DNA of 64,000 bases from an uncultured Flavobacteriaceae bacterium (GTDB lineage Bacteria; Bacteroidota; Bacteroidia; Flavobacteriales; Flavobacteriaceae): assembly GCA_963710535.1 (NCBI GenBank), contig CAVQAW010000001.1:410-64409 (forward strand), given 5' to 3'. A model generated the notes under the pieces. It saw nothing but the letters and a program-made list of their open reading frames with translations, searched no databases and was not told the DNA's origin. The position numbers and the translations under genes are program-made. The stretch's first letter is position 1. Each line of letters starts with the position of its first letter. Positions 58,284 through 64,000 of the stretch are shown here, in pieces.

Positions 58284-59009
58284 ATGACAATACTTGTAGC
58301 TGGAGCGAGCGGCGCAACGGGGCAACATCTTGTTGTACAATTGCTCAAAAATGGGCATCATGTTAAAGCGGTCGTCCGGTCTGCCGGAAAATTACCGGAA
58401 ACCATTAAAAATGAAAGCCGTTTGACAATCATCGAAGCCAGTATACTGGGCCTCACCGATGTGGAAATGGCCGGTTATGTCAGCGGTTGTGATGCCGTAG
58501 CCTCATGTCTGGGACATAACCTGACCTGGAAGGGTGTGTATGGCCAACCCCGAAGATTGGTGACCGATGCGGCTAGCAGGTTATGTGCCGCCATCAAGGC
58601 AAACAAACCGGACAAGCCTGTTAAATACGTATTGATGAATAGCTCGGGAAACAGTAATCGCGATTTGAACGAACCCATCCCTTTCGGCCAAAAATGCGTT
58701 CTCGCATTGCTGCGATTATTGCTGCCCCCACATGTTGACAATGAGAAGGCGGCAGACTATCTTCGGACCCAAATCGGCCAAAATGATGCCATGATAGAAT
58801 GGGCGGCAGTCCGCCCCGACAGTTTGATCGATGAACCCGATGTTTCGGAATATGAGGTGTACCCTTCCCCAATAAGAAGTGCGATTTTTAATGCGGGAAA
58901 GGTCAGTAGGATCAATGTCGCCCATTTCATGGCCGCTTTGATCGGCAACGAGGAGCTCTGGCGAAAATGGAAGGGACAAATGCCCGTAATTTACAGCAAA
59001 GGGCAGTAG
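58284..59009 (+). CDS. NAD(P)-binding Rossmann protein (atypical SDR)
   Basis: 'ILVAGASGATG', 'VKAVVRS', 'WAAVRP..L', 'SRINVAHFM'; start 58284. Confidence 0.88.
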   Translation: MTILVAGASGATGQHLVVQLLKNGHHVKAVVRSAGKLPETIKNESRLTIIEASILGLTDVEMAGYVSGCDAVASCLGHNLTWKGVYGQPRRLVTDAASRLCAAIKANKPDKPVKYVLMNSSGNSNRDLNEPIPFGQKCVLALLRLLLPPHVDNEKAADYLRTQIGQNDAMIEWAAVRPDSLIDEPDVSEYEVYPSPIRSAIFNAGKVSRINVAHFMAALIGNEELWRKWKGQMPVIYSKGQ

Positions 59010-59017
59010 GGTAGCGG

Positions 59018-59343
59018 TAGAATTCAAGAAAAGAAAAATCAGCCTAGCGTTTTTTGTTTCTTTTTTTGGCGATGAAAAAAAGAAAGAAACATAAAAATAT
59101 TTCTCTTGCCTCTTTTTGCTTGTCCAAAAAGAGACGCAAAAAGGACACTTTTTCGTTAGGTGTTTCCCATTCGCTGGCGCTCATGGGAACCGCTCGCACG
59201 GGCTAAACGCGGTCCAAGGCTTCCCGCGTTCTTCACGCCCTTACTCACTACACTACAGAAAAAGGTAACTCCCCAATGAACTTTTGGGCAAAAGAACCGA
59301 TCCAAACCCACCACTGGCCCCCTACCGGGAGGGGAATAGTTTC
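59018..59343 (+). repeat. Structured repeat, copy 4 (circularly permuted: end hairpin, linker, start hairpin, domain 1, exit module)
   Basis: End hairpin at 59060-59082, start hairpin at 59112, CCCCTACCGGGAGGGG at 59319-59334. Confidence 0.88.
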
Positions 59344-59345
59344 CA

Positions 59346-59373
59346 ACTTCGTCCCTCGTACTTCGTATTTCAA
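59346..59373 (-). repeat. Degenerate heptamer tandem tract (ACGAAGT on the - strand)
   Basis: ACTTCGT CCCTCGT ACTTCGT ATTTCAA. Confidence 0.6.
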
Positions 59374-59383
59374 ACCTTTTGCC

Positions 59384-60253
59384 TTATTTCCTCCTAAAAA
59401 GTTTCTTAACTGCTTTAACACATAACAGCACAAGCAATCCTACCAGGAGCCCCACCAAAAATTCGACGATCAGATCCGGCACGGCAGGGAAGATATGGTG
59501 CAGGAAAGGCAGATTGTGCACAAAGATGCCACCTGAAACCAGCAACAAGGCGATGGTGCCGATCACGGAGAGGGATTTGATCACCCATGGCAGGGCATTC
59601 ACAAAAAATCGCCCGATCTTATCGGAAATGCTGTTCTTCTCACCGTTAAGGTCGATCAAACGGGCTCCGAACTCATCCATGCGGACGATCAGCGCCACAA
59701 GTCCGTACACCCCTACGGTGGCAATCAGTGCTATGAACGATACCACCAAGATCTGATTGAGAAGCGGTTCGTTCATCACGGTACCCAGGGCAATGATCAC
59801 AATTTCGATGGACAAAATAAAATCGGTGAGGATGGCCGATTTGATCTTTGTTTTTTCCAGGGCGAGGATGTCACTTTTAAGGGGGGCCTTAAAATCGGCT
59901 GGAATGGGAGCGTGTGCATGCGGCACGAAGAATTCGTATATTTTTTCGGCCCCTTCATAGGCGAGATAAAGTCCGCCCAGCAGCAGGATCACCGTTACCG
60001 CCAAGGGCAAAAAGGCGCTCAGCAAAAAGGCGATCGGGAGGATCATGATCTTATTGAGCAGCGACCCTTTGGTGATGGCCCAAATCACTGGGAGTTCACG
60101 TTTGGACACAAAGCCGGAGGCTTTTTCCGCATTCACGGCCAAGTCATCGCCCAGTATGCCCGCGGTCTTTTTGGTGGCGACCTTCCCCATGGTGGCCACA
60201 TCGTCTAACAGCGTTGCCACATCATCCAAAACAGCAAAAAATCCTGAAGCCAT
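59384..60253 (-). CDS. DUF808 family inner-membrane protein (YedI-like)
   Basis: 'LLDDVAT..KVA.KKTAGILGDDLAVNA', 'RELPVIW.I.KGS', 'AILTDFILSIEI'; start MASGFF at 60253. Confidence 0.9.
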   Translation of the reverse strand: MASGFFAVLDDVATLLDDVATMGKVATKKTAGILGDDLAVNAEKASGFVSKRELPVIWAITKGSLLNKIMILPIAFLLSAFLPLAVTVILLLGGLYLAYEGAEKIYEFFVPHAHAPIPADFKAPLKSDILALEKTKIKSAILTDFILSIEIVIIALGTVMNEPLLNQILVVSFIALIATVGVYGLVALIVRMDEFGARLIDLNGEKNSISDKIGRFFVNALPWVIKSLSVIGTIALLLVSGGIFVHNLPFLHHIFPAVPDLIVEFLVGLLVGLLVLLCVKAVKKLFRRK

Positions 60254-60304
60254 GGTTTTTCTTTTAGGTTTCAAATATAGATCAGGAAGTTGGATTAGAT
60301 AAAT

Positions 60305-60346
60305 TCGAAGTACAAAGTGGGAAGTAAGAGTTACGAAGTTGGAAGT
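60305..60346 (+). repeat. Degenerate heptamer tandem tract (ACGAAGT on the + strand)
   Basis: TCGAAGT ACAAAGT GGGAAGT AAGAGTT ACGAAGT TGGAAGT. Confidence 0.65.
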
Positions 60347-60414
60347 ACCGATTACACAATATCAATTTGCAAAGTATTATATCGTCCCAATAGTTTTTTG
60401 TTTCTTTTTTTCTT

Positions 60415-60931
60415 TGCTTCTTTTTGCTTGTCCAAAAAGAAGCGCAAAAAGGACACTTTTTCGTTAGGTGTTTCCCATTCGCCGGTGCTCATGGGAACCG
60501 CTCACACGGGCTGAACGCGGTCCAGGGCTAGACGCCCCCGCTCGCTACACTACAGAAAAAGAAGGCCCTGCAATTGCCTTTTGAGGTAAAAAACTGGCCT
60601 ATTTTTGTTTTTGCAAGAAATCAAGGGATTTTCACCCTAGATTAGGGAAGCCATCCATAGAGCATTCCGGTATCGGAAGCGGCCTGGATGGTGCGGCCGT
60701 GGAAATCGCGTAGATTTCAAGAAAAGAAAAATCAGCCTAGCGTTTTTTGTTTCTTTTTTTGGCGATGAAAAAAAGAAAAGACATTAAGAATTATTTTTTT
60801 ATTTGCCTCTTTTTGGGCAAAAGACCCGATCCAAACCCACCCCTGGCCCCTCCCGGGAGGGGAATAGTTTCCAATAGAATTTTAATGCAACCGTTGATGC
60901 CTTGTCAGGTCGAGCGGAGTCGAGACCGGCG
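60415..60931 (+). repeat. Structured repeat, copy 5 (complete unit) plus exit module and REP-like motif
   Basis: Start hairpin at 60420, end hairpin at 60753-60775, palindrome at 60847-60862, GTCAGGTCGAGCGGAGTCGAGACC at 60904-60927. Confidence 0.9.
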
Positions 60932-61048
60932 AACCCGCCCAAGGGCCCCCAAATTCCAATTCCGATCAAAACCTTTGCAGGGTTTCTGGCGGATTTCTTA
61001 TTTTTAGGGTTTCGCAACCCTGCGATCAAAACTTAAAAGAACAAGTCC

Positions 61049-61840
61049 ATGCTAAAAACCACCCTTTCCCTGGGGCTTATCGCCCTGTTGTTCTCTTGTA
61101 AGACCGAACCCAAAAAAGACCAACCCGCGGCCCCGCCCGAAGCGGAGGCAGCGGCCCAAGACGATTGGATAACCCTCTTCGACGGCAGCAGCACGGCCGG
61201 ATGGCGGGCCTACAATGGGGAAGAACTGCCCCCGGGCTGGACCATCAAGGACAGCACCCTGACCTTCGATACGGCCCTGGGACTGGAGCAGAACTATACC
61301 GGCGGCAAGGACATCATCTACGGGGCCGAGATGTTCGACAATTTTGAACTCTCCCTCGATTGGAAACTGCCCGAAGGGGGAAACAGCGGCATTTTTTACC
61401 ATGTAAGGGAAGGCTACGACGGTCCCCCCGTGGTGGCCCCCGAATACCAGTTGATCGATGATGAGAATTATGCGCGCATCCACGACCTTACCGAATACAA
61501 CCTGAGCCTGGGCTATACCGATAAACCGGAAGAGCTGAAACCCCTGCAGCAGACCGGGGCTGATTACGCCATGCACCCCCCCGATCCGGGCAAGATCCTG
61601 CATCCGGTAGGGGAGTGGAACAATACCCGAATCGTTTTTACCCCGGAAATGGTGGAACACTGGCTCAACGGAAAAAAAGTACTATCTTTTGTTCCTTGGA
61701 CCGAGGCCTGGTATGCCCAGAAAAATTCGGACAAGTGGAAGACCAGTCCGGATTACGGCAAGTTCAAGAGCGGCTATATTGCCCTGCAAGACCATTCGAG
61801 TCCGATTTGGTTCAAAAACATCAAGATCAGAAAACTATAA
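61049..61840 (+). CDS. DUF1080 (3-keto-disaccharide hydrolase-like) lipoprotein
   Basis: Lipobox LFSC, 'WITLFDG', 'NSGIFY', 'PEYQLIDD', 'GEWN', 'GYIALQDH...WFKNIKIRKL'. Confidence 0.9.
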   Translation: MLKTTLSLGLIALLFSCKTEPKKDQPAAPPEAEAAAQDDWITLFDGSSTAGWRAYNGEELPPGWTIKDSTLTFDTALGLEQNYTGGKDIIYGAEMFDNFELSLDWKLPEGGNSGIFYHVREGYDGPPVVAPEYQLIDDENYARIHDLTEYNLSLGYTDKPEELKPLQQTGADYAMHPPDPGKILHPVGEWNNTRIVFTPEMVEHWLNGKKVLSFVPWTEAWYAQKNSDKWKTSPDYGKFKSGYIALQDHSSPIWFKNIKIRKL

Positions 61841-61850
61841 CCACCATAAC

Positions 61851-63176
61851 ATGAACAAAAGGGAATTTATCAAGAAAAGTGGCCTGGGGACGGTCGGCCT
61901 CGTGCTCGCCCCCTCATTTTTACAACATGGCATGCAGAAAACAAGGCTGCGCACCGCCCACATCGGGGTGGGGAACATGGGAGGCGAAGACCTCAAGGCC
62001 ATATCCTCCCATAAGTTGGTCGACGTGGTCGCCCTGTGCGACGTCGACGCCAACAACCTCGCCGCGGCGCACAAGCTGCATCCGGGCGCCCGTGTGTTTT
62101 CCGATTACCGCGAGATGCTCAATACCATGGGCAACGACATAGACGCCGTTGTGGTCTCCACCCCTGACCATACCCATGCACCGGCCTCCCTGATGGCCAT
62201 GCACATGGACAAACCGGTATACTGCCAGAAACCGCTCACCCACCATGTGAGCGAGGCCCGGGAAATGAAAAAGGTGGCCGAGGAAAGGAAGCTGGTCACC
62301 CAGATGGGCATACAGGTGCACTCTTTTTACGACTATAAACTGGCCACCCTACTGATACAGTCGGGCATTATCGGCAAGGTACATACGGTAAGGGCCTGGT
62401 CGCCCAAGAATTGGGGCTATGACGGCCCGGTGCCCGAAGGCAGCGACCCCGTACCCGCTACGCTGAATTGGGACCTCTGGCTGGGAACGGCCGCCGAGCG
62501 CCCCTACAAGGAAGGGTATTACCACCCCGGCAACTGGCGCAAACTCATGGATTACGGCTGCGGCACCCTGGGCGATATGGGGGTGCATATTTTCGATACG
62601 CCCTACAACGCCCTGCAGTTGGACGTGCCCCGGACCGTAAAGAACGATTGCCGTCCACCGACAGGGTACGGCTATCCGGAGAAAAACACCGTCACCTATG
62701 AATTTCCTGAAACGCCCTTTACGGCAGAGACCCTCACCTGGGTGTGGTACGACGGGCCAGGGGCCCCACCGGCCCACCCCGACCTGAAATTGCCAGGGGA
62801 CGAAGCCCTGCACGATCAGGGCGCCATGTTCATGGGGGAAAAGGGACGGCTGTACCTCCCTCACTTCCAGAAACTGCCCCAATTGATCGTGGATGGAAAA
62901 TATCAGGAAATGGATATCGAATCGTTCAACCTGGGCGCTCCGGTGCGCGATTATGAGAGCGAAGGGAAAAAACACTACCACCAGTTCGTGGATGCCTGTC
63001 TGGGCAAGGCCGAGTGCTCTGCCCCTTTCTCCTATGCCGCCCGTTTGACGGAAACCATTTTGCTGGGCGTTATCGCCGGCCGTTTTCCCGGGCAAACCCT
63101 GCTTTGGGATGCGGAGAAGGCACAGTTTGAAGTGGAGGCCAACAAATACCTTACGGGAAATTACCGGAAGTTTTAG
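61851..63176 (+). CDS. Gfo/Idh/MocA oxidoreductase with a Tat-like signal
   Basis: Start MNKREFIKKSG at 61851; 'IGVGNMG', 'STPDHTHA', 'YCQKPL', 'DMGVH'. Confidence 0.9.
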   Translation: MNKREFIKKSGLGTVGLVLAPSFLQHGMQKTRLRTAHIGVGNMGGEDLKAISSHKLVDVVALCDVDANNLAAAHKLHPGARVFSDYREMLNTMGNDIDAVVVSTPDHTHAPASLMAMHMDKPVYCQKPLTHHVSEAREMKKVAEERKLVTQMGIQVHSFYDYKLATLLIQSGIIGKVHTVRAWSPKNWGYDGPVPEGSDPVPATLNWDLWLGTAAERPYKEGYYHPGNWRKLMDYGCGTLGDMGVHIFDTPYNALQLDVPRTVKNDCRPPTGYGYPEKNTVTYEFPETPFTAETLTWVWYDGPGAPPAHPDLKLPGDEALHDQGAMFMGEKGRLYLPHFQKLPQLIVDGKYQEMDIESFNLGAPVRDYESEGKKHYHQFVDACLGKAECSAPFSYAARLTETILLGVIAGRFPGQTLLWDAEKAQFEVEANKYLTGNYRKF

Positions 63177-63216
63177 CCCAGATCTTTACGGATGGGACCA
63201 CAATCTAAATAGAAGC

Positions 63217-63250
63217 GGCTTCGAGGTTTTTCAACTTCGAAGCCCTTTTA
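63217..63250 (+). terminator. Possible intrinsic terminator
   Basis: GGCTTCGA-12 nt-TCGAAGCC followed by CTTTT. Confidence 0.5.
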
Positions 63251-63435
63251 GCTTGTGCCCAAATTGTAGGTAGATCAAGCAATATTTTCCTTGTCTTTTT
63301 AAGTCCGGTTGGGTCCATTGAACCGTATTGGATGGATCTGTGTACAAGGTTTTAACTATTTTGGGGCCTTTATATCATGCCGTGATGGTTATCTTTCCCC
63401 ATTCGAATTAGAGAGGATCATTAAAAAAGACACCC

Positions 63436-63804
63436 ATGTATCAGCTCATCGCAAAATGGACGATTTTACCAGGCAAGAAAGAAGAAGCCATTATGGCCAT
63501 TAACAAGCTTGCCACCCTGGTAAAAGAAAAGGAACCGGATACCTTGGCATATCTTCCGCACACGCCCGATTTAAAAGAAATGAACAATCCCACGCCCTTT
63601 GAAGGGGAAATTGTTTTTTTTGAGATTTATAGGGATAAATCGGCTTTCGAAAGGCATTTAAACGGTAGGCCATTTAAAGATTTTGTCCAAAATCATGGCC
63701 ATCTGTTTCTTCGGAATTCAGATGGAAGCACCTTTGTTTTGGTAGAAACATTAAATCCCATGAACGGATTTGTTCGCGAAGATTTGATCAACTGGAATTC
63801 ATAA
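63436..63804 (+). CDS. ABM-like (putative quinol monooxygenase) protein
   Basis: 'AKWTILPGK.EE', 'EPDTLAY', 'FFEIYRDKSAFERHL'. Confidence 0.7.
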   Translation: MYQLIAKWTILPGKKEEAIMAINKLATLVKEKEPDTLAYLPHTPDLKEMNNPTPFEGEIVFFEIYRDKSAFERHLNGRPFKDFVQNHGHLFLRNSDGSTFVLVETLNPMNGFVREDLINWNS

Positions 63805-63863
63805 CGTAATAATATTCAGTGTTTTAGATATTATTGCCGTCATGTGCCAGCGTTCGATATACT

Positions 63864-64000
63864 AAAGGAAAACAATGCCCTCCAAATGACCTCTTTGGGC
63901 AAAGGCCCCGGCCTATTTTTCTTTTTGGCGATGAAAAGAGAAAAGGGCATAAAGAATTGTTTTTTCTTCTGCTTCTTTTTGCCTGTCCAAAAAGAAGCGC
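63864..64000 (+). repeat. Structured repeat, copy 6 (middle hairpin, end hairpin, linker, start hairpin; runs off the window)
   Basis: CTCTTTGGGCAAAGG, then GGCCTATTTTT, CTTTTTGGCGATGAAAAG (63921), and TGCTTCTTTTTGCCTGTCCAAAAAGAAGCG. Confidence 0.8.

Noticed and set aside
56041-60931. CRISPR array interpretation of the repeats
   Set aside because: Units are about 400 bp with conserved interiors rather than 25-45-bp repeats with unique spacers, and no cas gene is present.
56455-61029. ORFs inside the repeats (56455-56697, 56580-56934, 59248-59433, 60317-60514, 60747-61029)
   Set aside because: Frames are not preserved between copies (frequent non-triplet indels), and the products are low-complexity K/F-rich.

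Overview
A 64-kb chromosomal segment from a Flavobacteriaceae (Bacteroidota) bacterium, judged from T9SS type-B cargo plus PorP/SprF, TAnnTTTG -7 promoters and typical core genes. From left to right: (i) the 3' 8.8 kb of a giant SprB-type adhesin containing a near-identical, GC-rich 1767-bp tandem duplication, then an SprF-type gene, folB and tRNA-Cys; (ii) an AT-rich, gene-free rnr-rpiB spacer with a cluster of TTATCAACA-like boxes (candidate oriC), with a solitary Sau3AI-like C5 methyltransferase and a small PD-(D/E)xK-like ORF about 1-3 kb away; (iii) catabolic, peptidase and transport genes (PQQ/cytochrome c dehydrogenase operon, GCS2-CBS ligase with an AstE/AspA-type deacylase, S41/M1/S8/M28 peptidases, two cation:proton antiporters) and core genes (rnpA, lepA, dusB, rbfA, mce, a CAU tRNA that is probably Ile2); (iv) from about 55.4 kb to the end, small accessory genes separated by six same-orientation copies of a ~370-400-bp, highly structured, non-coding modular repeat that shows compensatory base changes. 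It occurs with REP-like palindromes and inverted heptamer tracts. No transposase, integrase or cas gene is in the window. This repeat family is the most unusual signal. All calls come from manual reading and motif recognition; no searches or folding were run.
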